In this document: in pieces, positions 36,221 through 50,000 of the stretch
Layout: each line of letters opens with the position of its first letter
Numbering within the stretch: the stretch's first letter is position 1
NCBI GenBank assembly: GCA_964187785.1
Contig: OZ076415.1
Location: 48,050,001-48,114,000, forward strand
DNA from: Amphiscolops sp. MND2022
Lineage: Eukaryota
DNA length: 64,000 nucleotides
Reading direction: 5' to 3'
Made by a program: the position numbers and the translations under genes
Notes under the pieces: generated by a model
Told to the model about the DNA's origin: nothing
What the model saw: only the letters and a program-made list of their open reading frames with translations
The model's database searches: none

Positions 36221-37389
36221 TTTACTCAGCAATAGCAACATAAGTATAGGAAAGAATGTCTAAATGCAAACATTCTAGCTGTTTTTGCCAATTTACCCAG
36301 CGCTTGTCGATTTGAAAACATTAACAAATTTGAAAGTAGATTTTGAAACAATTTATCCTTGGAAAAAAATTCTGAAACGAAAGCCAGCATTGACTGAAAT
36401 CGAAAGCAAATATTGTAACAAGGTTTCTAGTATCGCTAATTTTGCATCAGCTGAATTTTTAAATGTAAAAATTTCGTAGCTTCAGTTGATTCAACACCGC
36501 AGAGCGGAAACGTTTTCTCGTGAGGAACAAATAGTGCCGAAAAGTGTGTTTTTTGAGGATAGAACTTTGTCTATCGATTTTTTGATAGTTTCAGGGAACT
36601 CACGGCAAATTCTAACGCATTTTGGTAGATTTCACACAGTTTCTCATAATGTGTCTGGGGCGATTGTTCTACGCACTCTTAAAAATTGCAAATAAAATGG
36701 TTATCGCTGAATCAAATCAGTTCGCTAATAATCTTCCTGCTTCGCTAACCCGCTATAAGCTGTCATCTCTGATTGAAAGACAGCTAGTTATTTGTCAAGA
36801 AAAAAACTCCAGTGTATGAAATGATATTGTCTAGAATGTACGAGTGGAACATGACAAAGCTGTCAGAATATCGCCAACGCAAAAGCAAAGAACTAAAAAT
36901 GGGGTAGCGAATATTTTTTATGAACTTGAAAATGGAATTAATTACCTTTTTCAAAGAGATTCTACACTAACGCTGCAATAAAAACCAATAGAATTACATA
37001 GAATATAAGAGCAGTTGATAACATTGTTAAGTGTATGTAGCGCAACGTTGGTTACCTTTAAGCATGTCGCTACATCACAATAATAGGCTTAAAGGTAAGT
37101 AATCAATACGTGAATACGAAGAAGACTAAGTGCTACAGTGCCTCTGATTTGCCGCCTTCTTTCTGATAGGCAGAAAGCAAAAAAAGAGGGGAATGGATTA
37201 GGCATTGAAATCTCTCAGGGATGGGTTGGTAGATGGTTTTGCAGAGGTCCTCTGCCAATTGGCGCTCTTACCCTTTGCGGAGTAAAGAGCTAATAGCGCG
37301 GAAAAAATTGCAAAAATGGAGAAAAAATCATGCAAAAGAACAAAGTACATACACTTTTATGGGGGGGGTGAAAGGTAAGGTTTTCTTAC

Positions 37390-37619
37390 CTGAGCCGGAA
37401 GGGCGACGAGGTCCTTCTGGGGGGTGCAGAAGACGTCGCTGATGAAGACGAAGAAGGCAACGCAGCAGTAGCAGAAGAGGGATTGTTGGTAATAAGAGTG
37501 TTTCTGTTTGTATCAGCACAAGAGGAGGCACCGCCATCCCCGCTCTTTTCTTCGGTGGGCGGTGGGGGACACGAATACGGAGCCGTAACGGAGGAAGAAG
37601 TCGAGTAAGAAGACATCAT
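37390..37619 (-). CDS. Putative 5' coding exon (Ser/Pro-rich low complexity), possibly the same gene
   Basis: GC-rich island in AT-rich DNA, ORF MMSSYSTSSSVTAPYSCPPPP...PFRL, strong donor AG|GTAAGA at 37390/37389 (phase 2). Confidence 0.33.
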
Positions 37620-38237
37620 GGCATGAAGATTAAATAATGACGACTTATACTCCTCTCAAGATAGGCCAACATTTCATCTGGTTCGTTAAAACAAACAAGC
37701 ACGCAATATACATGTACATTTATTTCGCAGTGATTAAAGCTACTGAGTTGTTGTTGTTATTGTGGCGGTGGAGGTAATTTAACAACTGGAGTGGGATACA
37801 GCAACCAAAGAGGAACAAGAGGGTTCTTTCATAAGAAATTGAGCCATAATTCCCAGCACTGCATCACAGCGGGTAAACACTGCTTTTGACAAGACCCATT
37901 AACGCCATATACACTCTTCTGTTGTATTCTTTCAAAGAGAACTAAATCGATTACTGCAGATATCAAGCATACCATCAATACCACATGGTGCATGTGTTGA
38001 ATTCAACTTGCCCTTTCGGTGGCGCCGAAGAGATAAAACACAATTTGTAGAAGTCAAATTAATAAGAATTGGAGTCTGAACTAACAAAATCCCTCACAAT
38101 CAAGTGTAAAAGATGAACTTGTTAACTCAATGTATTAATGTAGACATGCTCTGTCAACTTCTCCACCCTCAGGCAACTGAAAAAAAAAACGAAAATGTTA
38201 GACATCAGCGACAAATGAAAACTTGCAACTCAATTTT

Positions 38238-38590
38238 AGTCGGCACTTCATGAAGTGAATCGCGACTATGATAGTGACTATTTTCAATCCATCCGAACAG
38301 ACAAAAATAGTTCTTTGAAAAGTTCTACAAAATTTTAAAGGGCCAAATTGTACCATTTGGGCGAGGGAACTGAAATAGTTGTTCCGTTTTTAGCGTAACA
38401 TACAAAACCGGGCCAGAATAAAGGTCCCCCTTTCGATTTTTTTCGGCACCGTGACCCTTTTTCGAAAAATTTTTAATCTCTCCAAAGGGCCCCCTTCAAT
38501 TTTTTGATATTTTGCAACAAATTGGATGTTGAAAAAGCCCAATGAGTCGCCCTTTTACATTTTTCGGCACTACGAGACTGTTTACAAATT
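38238..38590 (+). mobile_element. Truncated AGTCGGCGCC-family element
   Basis: tttt-AGTCGGCACTTCATGAAGTGAATCGCGACT terminal hairpin and internal sequence similar to 35732-36100; no matching far end found. Confidence 0.55.
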
Positions 38591-39001
38591 CTCATTTTTC
38601 GTCTGAAATTAGGTTTGTCTTATATACATCCACCAAGGAAAATTCGTATAGTATTGAAAAAATTTTTTGGTAGATGTATATAAAAAAACCTAGCCGAATT
38701 TTTAACGTTATATCCGAATTATATTGCGTTTCACTAAGGAGGAGGCGGAGGTTCAAGATCAAGTGCTCCCATTTGTTGCTACTTTCTAATCAACCCTAAA
38801 TAGAAGATTTTGGACGGAGTGGAGGACTTCGCACAAAAAACCCAGCGCGCCAGTCCAGCAGTTTAGAAATCAATTTGAAAGTCCTGATTGTCTTCTTTCG
38901 AACGCGCTATAAATCGTTTGTGAGACTCGAACAGTGTAAAGGATATTGCGGTTTAAAGATTAAGAAGCCGGGAAAGACCCGGTGCCCCGCTCAAGACTTA
39001 A

Positions 39002-39469
39002 ACAAGCCGAGAACGGCCCAAGTCGGCGCCATATATAAGGCTCAAAAATAGCAAAAGGACTTCAAAATGTCAAAGTATTGGTGAATTGGGGACCCTTTTA
39101 TGGAAAACAAATTGGAAAAAAGTCTCACAATGCCGAAAGAAACTGAAAGGGGAACCCTTTGGGATTTTTCAACATCCATTCTGTCGGAAAATATCCAAAA
39201 ATTTAAGGGGGACCCTTTGGTGAATTTTTTTTCGAAAGAAAAGTCTCACAGAGGCGAAAATACTCCAAGGGAGTACCCTTTGGCCCCGTTGAATTTCTTA
39301 GATGATGTAAAAATACTTCGCAAGCTTTTGGAAAAGTAAAGGTACTCCGCAAGCAAGAATTCATGACTCATTGTAAGAAAAGTGGACCATTCAGAGTGAG
39401 ATAGTAGGCTGAAAAAAACTACCCACGGTAATAGTCGGACTTTTTTCCTTAAGGGAAAAGGCACCGACT
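39002..39469 (-). mobile_element. AGTCGGCGCC-family Helentron-like element
   Basis: acaagccgagaacggcccaAGTCGGCGCCatat at the left end. AGTCGGACTTTTTTCCTTAAGGGAAAAGGCACCGACT hairpin (39433-39469) followed by an A run at the right end. Confidence 0.72.
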
Positions 39470-39539
39470 AAAAAAAACTAAAAAGATTTTAAATATGCAA
39501 AGGAATACAAGTGATACGCATAAGACTAAAAACCTTTTT

Positions 39540-40150
39540 CCTCAACTGAAAACCAAAAACCTTTTTTAAAAAAATTATGTTTTTCGAATTTTCAACGGGA
39601 AAAGTAGTGCCGAAAAAGAACTTCCAGTTAGCGAAGAACGTTTTTCAATCCAAAATCAGTTATGAAAGTGAGGGTGCCTTTTGACCAGATCAGTTATGAA
39701 AGTGAGGGCGCCCTTTGACCAGATGAAAAGTTTTCGGATAAAAAGTCGCAGAGTCGAAAAAACTCGATAATTGATTTACGCAATCATTTTAGAAATCATC
39801 AGTTGTAGAGGATCAAAAATTAACAAAGAGGTCACCCTCAAGACTCGGTGAACATTTGGGTTTTATAGTTTTACTAGGGTTACCTTGAGGTTTCTTCGGC
39901 ACTGAGACTTTTTTCATAGAAAAACATTTTCATCGAAGGACCGCTTCAATTTTTTCCATGTTTTCACTTAGCAAAAACGTTTTTTAAGCCTCGCGGATCC
40001 CATTTTGAGTTTTCGGCAATGTGTGACTTTTTTGAAAGATTTTTTCTGAAAAAATGATTTTTCCCACCATTTTGCTTTTGATGTTTTCAGTTAACAGAAA
40101 AGGTTTTTCGAGCCCAAAGGGCGCCTTTCCAACTTTTTGGCACTCTGAAG
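39540..40150. repeat. Degenerate internal fragments related to the AGTCGGCGCC family, including a 2x34-bp tandem duplication (39655-39722)
   Basis: Carries the family subrepeat AAAAGTCGCA...TGCCGAAAA in both orientations; no termini recognised. Confidence 0.45.
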
Positions 40151-41089
40151 TCTAGTCATGAAATTTTTTTAATTCTTGATGTTTCTTCGTAAGCTGGACT
40201 TTTTCTGAAACGGAAAACCTTCGTTTTTTACCAGACGATATCTTCACATATTGTTTTCACTTTCACAACCAGTCTATTTCTCTTGTTTGCAGCTTTGGAG
40301 ACAGTTTCATTAACATGAAGCAAACGAGTGTTCACGAATGAATCGTTCGCTAAAAGCTTTGCCTGCATTCAAAGAACGCAGGATGTCGTTACCGCTTACC
40401 AGTAAACATTTCCCTTCAAGTAGCAATGCTTACAACACTGTATTTGAATGCTTCCAATCGAAAGTTCTTAGTTTGAATTTTCGCGGAGTTCAAAAATTGG
40501 ATGTTATCTGGATTTGGAACATTTACTGTCGAAAAATTTCTTCATTTTGATTTCATCTCAAAAACTAATATGAAATTAATAGATTTTGAACTTTGAAGTA
40601 TTTTTGGAGTTCTAGAATTATCAATGAGCACCGAAAAGCCAATTTTCGAGAACCGAAAGAGGCAGGTCATAAGAACCTAGCTAGATTATCCTTCATACTC
40701 AATATTATTTCCGAATCTTCAAAGCCCAATTAACTTGATCAACCAACGGCGATGAAGCAGTAGTGCTGATTTTTGATCAAGTTAAGGATAACATAATTCA
40801 AAATCCTTTGAAACAAGAGCATGAAGCATTTTCAGACATTTTTAGGTCAATTATTGGAACTTGTTTGGAATGATTTTATTCCAAGGACCATTCTTGATAA
40901 CATTTTTGACTTGAGCTGGGAGTTGGGTGTGAGGATAACGTCTGTGAATATAGAGATTTAGCCGAATTGGGCAGTTACCGGGTTCTCTGTTTATGACGGC
41001 TGAGTGGACTATGCTTTCAATTTGAGACAAATTGTATAGTTCTTACTGAGGAAATAGATTTAAACTCGCTAAACGGTTGAAAACATTTT

Positions 41090-41560
41090 TTAAAGTGAAG
41101 GGGTACACTTTGATCGAATGAAATTTTTTTTTCAACAAAAATTGCACAGTGCCGAAAAAAAACGTTTGTCGTTTCCACAATCATTGAGAAGACTTATCAG
41201 TTCAACGGGATCTCACGACTCGGAAGTTTTCCATTGCAGAAAACCTCAAAGAACCAAAACCTGTGGGGAAAATTGCGGCAAATTAGCTGTTCCTGCTAAA
41301 ACTCGAGGGAGGGGTTTCGGTTTTCAAAAAATTCAAAAAAGGTTGCAAAAATCCGAAAAAAAACCAAAGGGGGACACTTTGGTTTGCCCTCTACTTTTAC
41401 AAGCATTTAAAACTTCGGTTTCGTGCGAGACTCGAACCCAGGTACTCATGCTTCTCAGAAAGTTAGTTTACCTCAAGGCCAAGTTACAAGTTACTAAGGT
41501 AAATAAGTTACTATAAGCACAGAGATTCTTATAGACAGCTGTCACTTTGCAGGTATTAAA
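41090..41560. repeat. Internal fragment related to the AGTCGGCGCC family
   Basis: aaaccaaagggggacactttggtttgccctctacttttacaagcatttaaaacttcggtttcgtgcgagactcgaaccca aligns by eye with 28135-28225. Confidence 0.5.
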
Positions 41561-44500
41561 AAAAGCCACTGCTAAAAATCAAGATTGCTTATTATAATTT
41601 GGTTTACCTTTGTAAGTAACTTCGCTACATGACCACAAAGTAATTCAAGTTTTTCAGTACTTTAAAGAAAGATTGCTATCGGTCATAATTGGGCCAATAA
41701 AAAAACAGCTTCAAACAAGAAGATTGATCCTGAAATGAACAGACATGCATTTGTAATGTCTAATCGACAGTTGGCACATCAGCTTTGGAAAAAATAGATG
41801 CCACCTGAGAAATAGGTTCGCAAAACGGAAGTTAAAGAATGAAAACTCAAGATATGCAGCTAATTGATTTTCTTTCAAAGCAATTCAATAGTTTCCCATG
41901 TGAATTTCGAGCGAAGCCATGCTAATTGGAACAGAGTACTTAGGTTTGAATCCCACAGGACTCTGATTTTTATCTTATCTAAGCCAAAAAGATATGAAGT
42001 TCTGCACTAATTTACTGTGATTGTTTCCCTCAAAAACCATTTGAAAAGCGGAGATACACGACGAGATCAACATGAGCGAAGAAAAAACGGCACTGTCTAT
42101 ATGTGCATTTCGTTCTCAATTGTCAGCAGGTCTTGTCACGTTTTTACCATTCAGATGATATTTTAGCTTCGGTGATTTTGGAATGGCATCATTCACATCA
42201 AATTGATCAGGGCCAAAAACTAGTATTCTAACCTGTATTCAAGACTGTACACAATGGCTATAGTTAGTTGCAAAAAACGTTAATGACAAGATTCAAGAAA
42301 AACTCAGAGTTTACCAGTGAAAATTGGTATCTAGGTCAACTGAAATTGACCTCAAGATTCACAATAAATAAATCCACGATGAATAATTTGATTCATAGCA
42401 GTGAAATTGATGTTTGAATAATTTCGTAACTGAATCGAACTAGTTATGGTAAATTATGAAGAGAGATCAAAATTAACGCTAGAAACGACACAGTGATAAC
42501 ATTTTTAAACAAATTTAAAATTTTTAAAACAAATTAAGCTGCCTTTTAAAAAATATCTATTTGGAGCTTGCAAAAAATGGGAATAATTTGAGAGAGTGCC
42601 TAAAGCTGAATCGATGGTTTAAAAATAGAAACAAACAAAAGTAAGATGCAATTAGCCCACATCTATTGCATTTGACATTTTACAGCGCCAATAAAAAAGC
42701 TCGTTTAATTTGCATTGGGCCTAATAATAGCTCTGAATTCAACCAGGTTATCAGCAAATTCGAACTAAACGAAGTGCGCTGAAATTGTAATCATGTATTC
42801 ATGTTTAAACATTTGAAAAGAAAGCATACTGTATATTTAGTCGCAGATATAACTAGTACATAGTAGATGACGATGAGTGAGTACCTGTGAGGTTATGATA
42901 ATAAGCAGTAAAACCTGAAAAACGCGATGATTTACCAGGTAATAAATTGAGAAGTATAAGTTAAGTCCACAATTAAGCACAACTAAGGAGGCTATTAAAT
43001 TGTGCCGGTTAGTATATTTGATTGATGAAGCGCCTTTTGCAATGGGGCAGGACTGGGGGATTGTGAGGCGATGGCGATTGTTGGAGATATGGTGCTATAA
43101 ATAGCGGTAAACGCAAAGAGATGGCAAAGCAGGCACCTTACCATCATACCACCGTATATTGCATCATACGAGGCGTATGGCAGGCAGGCATGCGAGGTAG
43201 AGTAGAAGAGTGTGAGGCGAGTAGGAAGAGGATGGTTGGTTGGTAATGATGGTAGCAGGTAGGTAAACAGGTAACAGACACGCAATAGTGGCGACTGTGG
43301 AGGTGTTGTTACTGGTTCTAGATATTTTCCTGCCTCCTCGTTTGGTCTTAACTTCGGTTGCTGCAAAGCTAGGTAGGTGGCGGCAGCAGGACAACCAAGA
43401 TAGCAGCAGGTTGGTATATTGCAACATCAGCAATACCACAATCACACCAAAGCAGCGCCATCTTACCATCGACATCGGCCTGCAGAGGACAGTCGCCATA
43501 ACCGTTCACCTACTAAATTCTCGTCGCCTGATCTGTGTCTTTTCTCATCCATAACTTTTCTATCCTTCGCGTGTCTTTTCAGTTCTTATTCGACTGATTA
43601 AAGTAAAGTCTCAAGCACCTTGACCGCCGCATGCAACAAAACAACGCAGCCTTCCACGTATTGGAAAAACGACTGCTTTTTAGTAAAAGAAAGAGACTTG
43701 GTTCTGTAGCTTTGCTTAAATCAAACAGCGCAAACTGTCCCTTCGTACCAGACGAAGAACAGGAGACCACACACGAGATCGCGATCAGTACATCGAAAAG
43801 CAGGTCTTTCCAAAAATCAGGCACTTCTATTTCAAATTTCTCAGAAGCCACTGGTAAGGCAAGGAACAACGCCGATCACAAATGAAAGCAGCAATTGAAA
43901 ACCGAAAATCAATAATGATGTATGAGCAGAGCGACGGTGGTGCAACAATGCCACTGAGGTCTCTAATTTCTTACGACACCATCAATTTCGCTACCACCCC
44001 GCGCGGTTCACTGCACTGCAACACAATCAAGTGTCTCTGCTACATTAGCATTTTCACAATTACCTTTTAAGTTCCTATGCCGCAATTGCAGCTTTTCACA
44101 TGAAAAAAATAGGAATCATTGAAGCAAAAATTTTCAAGATAAAGGCGACTATTTTGACTTCGAAGCATTTCATTTCTCTGACTAAAATACAAAGCCAAAC
44201 AATGCAAAATGACATTCAGTAATTTAAGTTTGAACTGGATAACCATTTAAAAAATTTCAACGAATACACAGCAGTGATTAAAAGCTTCAAACTGCTGTCT
44301 TTTGATCGCTGACATTTCTACCTCTGAGTTCCGATTGATTGTTGCTGAATTTTTTTTATCCATTGCACGTAGATTCCTTCCATTCACATGTGGTGCCGCC
44401 TTGCTTGAAAGAAACGAAGCTACATTCGATACTGAGATTGGAGCGCCGACGGTCGCTTTAGTAGGGGTAGAAGAATTGCGCCTGGGGTGTAACTGCTTTA

Positions 44501-44852
44501 AGGATCAAAGGAACCAAATGGCAGAGAGAAAGGGATAATGACACGAGGAGGGAACTATTTGCATGCGATCGGGAAATAATTGGATTTTGTTGCAAGTGGT
44601 CGCAACCCACGTGAACAACAACGAGAATCGAAAAAAGCGTTTCTCTTTTACATGAAAGTCAACGTGAAAAAATATTTCAAGCACGTGAAGATATTAACTT
44701 ATGGGGGTTGAGATATCCATTTTTACCCGACAATGAAGGGGAGTTTAACAATCCCGGAACTGAAGCAATGCGGAAAATCAACCGCGACATGCTCTGAACA
44801 TTGATCATTGGCCCGTCAGTTTCAAATGCTATCCACAATTCCTACTCCCCCT

Positions 44853-47069
44853 AGAGTTGGGGGTGAAGGACGGAAACACGAAAGCCCTGACCGAAGAGTT
44901 CCAAAAACCAGAGGAATATAAAATTCACTTCGAGAAAATGTCGACTGAGAAACGAAAGAACACAAGAACATAAAGAGACGAAGAAAAAGATCGACGAGGT
45001 TATCCCGAGAAAGTCACAATCCGAGACCCTCGAGAAAGAGATAGAAATATCAGAGATGATTAGAGAGATGAACAAAATGACTAACAGCGCAGCCGGAGAA
45101 GATGGAATCCAATTAATTTGAAAAATCTGAGCGACGAGGTAACCAACCAACTCTTCAAGCTGCTTGAGGACATGGCCGAGAACAGCCCTGACACCGACGA
45201 ACTAGCCAGATGTGGGCTAGTGGTGCCCATCTTCAAAAAAGGAGACCGTAAGAGTTTAGACAACTACAGAGGTGTATGCTTATTATCAGCCATCAGCCGT
45301 ATTCTAGCAAGGATAATGGCAACACGCATCTGTCAGTGGACAGAGGAAGAAAATACAATTAATGATACCCAATGCGGATTCCGAAAAGGAAGGTCTACCG
45401 CGGATGCGACTCAAATTGTGATCACAGTCAACGGAGAAGTACTGCGTAGAATTGGCTCAACAGAAGTCGGGGACTGCTCCCATAGTCACCCAACAGCAAC
45501 CCTCCTGGATATCACGAAGGCATATCCACGCGTAAACCGACCATTATTGTGGTATAATCTGGAGAGACTCGGCTTTGGGGAAAGGAGCTTGAGGATAATA
45601 CGCGGACTTCACGAAACTAGTTTCTATCGAGAAAAGGCAAGAAAGAAGTAAGTAGCCCCTGGACACCCAAGCGCGGCCTCGGAGAAGGATGCGCCACCAG
45701 CCTGGTGTTATTCAACATATATCACGACGTGGCAATGAGAATGGCGACAAGCGAAAGAGACCCAAATAGCGGGATAAGATGGAAAGTAAAAGTCAACAGC
45801 TTCCTCCTATCAACACAAGGAGGGCTAACACAAGCAACAACACGAAGGAATGTAGACTCTTCGCGGACGACACGACAGTTTTTGTCACTAAAGATCAGAT
45901 GAAGAAGGACAAAAAGACTGTGAAAGCAAACATGCAACTGGAAGAGAAATGTCACGATGGCAAGGAGAAGACTCACCTCTTCGGTCATAACAACCCTCGG
46001 ATCATACGTGGCGAGAGCCACAGACCTAGCAATAAGGAAAGAGCGGGGTAACAAAGCCCTATGGACAAATAAAAGGCGTCTGAGAGGGTCGACTCTTCCC
46101 AAGAAGCTACAGGAGAGGATCGTGGAGGCCTGCGTAGAATCCACTATCTTGTTTGATTGCCAAACCAGATCTTGGAGTGAGAGAGAGAAATCAAACAGCT
46201 CCAGAGGATCGCCGGTCGAGGCTACACGTATATCTGGCGCCACAAGAATGGAGGCCCCACGAAGATTCAAATGGAATGAAGAACAACTAATCTATATGGA
46301 GTCAGAAGAGCCCTTGGAATAAAATTCATACAAAAAATCGAAAAATGGGGCATATCTTCCGCATGCCCAATGAAAGGATTACAAAACAAATTACTCTGGG
46401 ATAGTACTTTACAGAAACCGACGACTTACCAATTAGAGGCCAAAAGACTACCATCAGCTACTGGCGGAAATTGGTAAGAGAAATGGGCCTTGAAACCCAC
46501 AACGTAGACCGCTGGACAGATGACCGGAAAGAAAGGAGAGAAAAGATAAAAAACAGAATGGCCGAGATCGAGAAATGGGAGGACGCCATGGCGGACAGCC
46601 ACAAAGGAGCCAAAATAGCCGGACCGAAAGATCGCAAGAACGTCGCCAGCAAAACAAGTCTAGTGTGCAACTGGGAAAGATGCGACAAACAATGCAAAAT
46701 ACTAGCCGGTCTCAAAGCCCACCACAGTAAGAACAAAGATACGCGAAGAACTTTTGAAACTTGCCAACAGTCCTTTTCTGACCACCAAGCAAGAGTAAAC
46801 CATGGGAAAATCTGCCAGGGTCAGGGGGAAGGAACATGTCCCTATTGCCAGAAGACTCCTGCCCTCCAATATGGCGAGACAAAAGAAGACCTGTAAGAGG
46901 AGATCAAACGAGATAGAAACCAGCACCGAGCCCAAAACACAGGAAGAAAAGAAGCAATGTTCATTCTGCAACACCTGGATTACAGGATCAAACCTAGCGA
47001 GACACGAGAGAGCATAAAATTAAGACCCAAACAAGAAGGGGCACAAGCCCCTCGTTGGGCGTAAAGTGT
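44853..47069 (+). mobile_element. 5'-truncated, frameshifted non-LTR retrotransposon (RTE-related LINE): RT domain plus C-terminal zinc-finger region
   Basis: RT motifs IFKKGDRKSLDNYRGVCLLS, QCGFRKGRST, LLDITKAY, GxxEGCATSxVLFNIY and LFADD (45860-45871). Multiple stops and frameshifts. C-terminal Cys/His motifs (46670-47013), 3' hairpin AGGGGC-acaa-GCCCCT (47037-47052) and a short (ACG)3 tail. No TSD identified. Confidence 0.88.
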
Positions 47070-50000
47070 AACGACGACGGGAGTTTTGACCATCCACGCG
47101 ATGACTACATTAGTTCATTTCTTGCGTCACCTCAGACCTATTATTTGACGCCATGATTGATACTTTTTCTATTTGGTAGGGTGTTATTTTCAATATTTAA
47201 ATCTCAAAATATTGGGTGATTGTTGATTCAGTTTCCTACTATTTTCAGTTATCATTATGTCCACTGTATTGGCTTAGTGATGAGGTTTAATTTCCTGTTT
47301 GTACAATAGTGTAAGAAATGAACTAAACCTTTATTTGTAAAAAAAAAAGAATTGGACCAAAACAAAAGTAGCTAAGATTTCTGCTATCATCCAAGTTATT
47401 GGAAAATCAAATAAACAAACATTCTAAAGTTTTGTTGGGCACTTAAAATTTAGGTTTGCAAAGAACGGAAAAAAACTTAATTTCATTTTTCATTGATTGT
47501 ATTTACTACTGAGTTGGCATATGGGACATCATCTTGCAATGCCCCTACTTTGCTATTTTTGTTTATCTGACAGGTATTCCTTCATTTCCTGAAGACATTC
47601 AACTTTTACATCGAGATACTTGGTATTATATTGTTTTTTATAACCCTGGTTGAAACTGCTTGAACTTTTTACAAGTTTTTGTACGTTACCAATCTTATTT
47701 TCCATTATTCTATAAAATTCTCAGAGACTTCAATGCATTCAAATTTTACTGACTCAATTTAATTTTATCAAGCTGCCTTAAAGATGAATCCTCAATTTGG
47801 CGGCAATTCCGACACGAAGTTTTGCAGGTTTCATTAAGAAGCAGTTCTAATTTTGAAAGCCGCTGTTACCTCAAGTATTTTACCGCGATTTCAATGCAAA
47901 TAAACTTCAGTAACATTATATGCTTCAAAGTAGCATCATATTCAGCATGCTATTTGGCTAACGGTGATTGCATAAGGTAATTACTTGAGGAACTTATGCG
48001 TGAAAACAAAATGATCACTGCAGTGAAGTGGAAATGTCTTAATTGTAATAGTGGAAGCTGCATTGTATTCCTAGAAAATTTCTTCATAAGTGCTCTTAGT
48101 ATTTTCTATGTTTATCAGAAATTCAGAATGCATGCATGGATGCAACATGAAAAACTTTCCGACAGCTTCAACTAGGGTATGGGTTTTCTATTATTTCATT
48201 TCATTCATCATCTCAATACGTGAGACAGCTAGTTTCGCAAAGATTGTGGATTATATTTTCGGTTTTAGATTTTTGCCGATAAAAATAATATCAGGAGAAT
48301 CTGCTGATTAAGGCGATTGTACCGATAATCTTAAACATTCGAGTGGTCTTTCCAGTCCCTCAAATTTATGAGTGAAATACAGATTAAAAGAAATCACCAT
48401 GTAAAATGCTAGCTTTGTTTACATGCAGTTGAAATTATTTCTTACAAATAATAAGGGTTTAGCTCTTTTCTTACACTATTGTATTGCCAACTTCATCTAC
48501 ACAAATTTAGCGAAAACTTCCAAAATTTAAAAATTTGCGCAGAAGCCTTATCGAATTTCATTAAAATCTAGAAAGGACGACTGTTCAATCTACTCAGAGA
48601 GGCATAAATGAAATCATCTTCTAAAAGCGAAGAACTGAAAAAAGTGTTCTGGTGTTATCGCACAGGAAAATATTACAAGGACAACACAATGGGGTGTGTC
48701 AATATATATGTGGCACAATGCAATCACATTTTTAGTGAGGTTAGTCACGCGAACAAGGGATTATGTCGCGATTGTTGCTTATTCCAGAAGGCAGAACATC
48801 TCTTTGTGCCATTTGACTAGATTCACTTTCATGTGATGGCAGTTAAATTAATGAAGGAGAAAACGACAGTAGGGGGTTGGTTTTACACATGACTTCAAAG
48901 GAGAAATAATAACAGAATTTACCTTCACATAGAACTGCACATCTAGGCTTCCGCTGGATTCTCTCATGTAATTTGGTTGGCGAATCAGTCAGTGGCGATG
49001 CTTGATTCAGTCAGTCAATCTGCAGACAGTGGGTCAAGGCTACAGGAAAAGTCAAGTCGATTGAGTGTGTTCTGGTTTCGCCCAGTGTATGTTCCAAAAT
49101 GAAAATTCACTGTGAGGCAAGGTTGTTGAGTGTGAATAATTCATCAATAAACTACAAATTCAGCGAATTATTCGATTCAATAAATTTTAAAAAAAAAACA
49201 TTCCAAATTTGAAGTTTGCGTTTTCAAAAAAAACTTTGTTGATTTGGATTTAATCAATCACAAATTAAACGAAAAAATCTTCGAAACATCGTTTCCCGTA
49301 CGTCCCGTTCTTTGTAACTTTTTGCGCTTCAGTGTTGTGCAATAATAATGAATTTATTGTTGAAATACATTATAATTCAAGAAACAACCGTGCCTCTATG
49401 GCCAGAAAAACCTATGAAGAGTTTTTTGACGGTAATACTTCGGATGCATGTCACACTGCGGAATAATGTAGAATTTAGAAAACGATTTTCCAAGTTTAGA
49501 GAATCGGAGAAGGAGTAATGGGCCAACAAAAAACAACTGCTAGCCAATCCGAATGGAGTATCCGCCAGCCAAGCACAGAAGGGCTTCTGCTTACCAATCC
49601 ACTACAAGAGCGGGGCAACTGCAGGCAAATGTGGGAAGGGAGGTTGTGGACGGGTGGAAGAGGCAAATGCTTACATCTAAGAGCATGCAAATATTCTAGT
49701 CCACACAAACTATCTGAAATACAAAATATCTATACGAATAAATAATTCAGTATAATTCATATAAGAATCTCATCCAAACTATTCTGATAGAAATATGCTT
49801 CACTTCAAATGCATAAAAACATCAAATTGAAACAACTTTCCTTTGTTTAAGACACTAAGAGATACCTCGAGAAATCTGATGATGGGAATGAACAATTTTT
49901 AATGGCTGTTTGTCGGGCGGAGTAAGCTTCCTTATGATTGATGACAGAATTTTCAGGGGATATTTCAGAATTAACTCACATGCATGACCAGAGTTTTGAC

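Noticed and set aside
41915-41985. Possible SINE remnant (GGTTTGAATCCC B-box-like)
   Set aside because: No A box, tail or second copy in the window; too degenerate to call.
42995-44540. Cluster of overlapping ORFs and possible exons on both strands in a GC-richer patch
   Set aside because: Plausible splice sites exist on both strands, but I recognised no protein family and could not build a consistent model.
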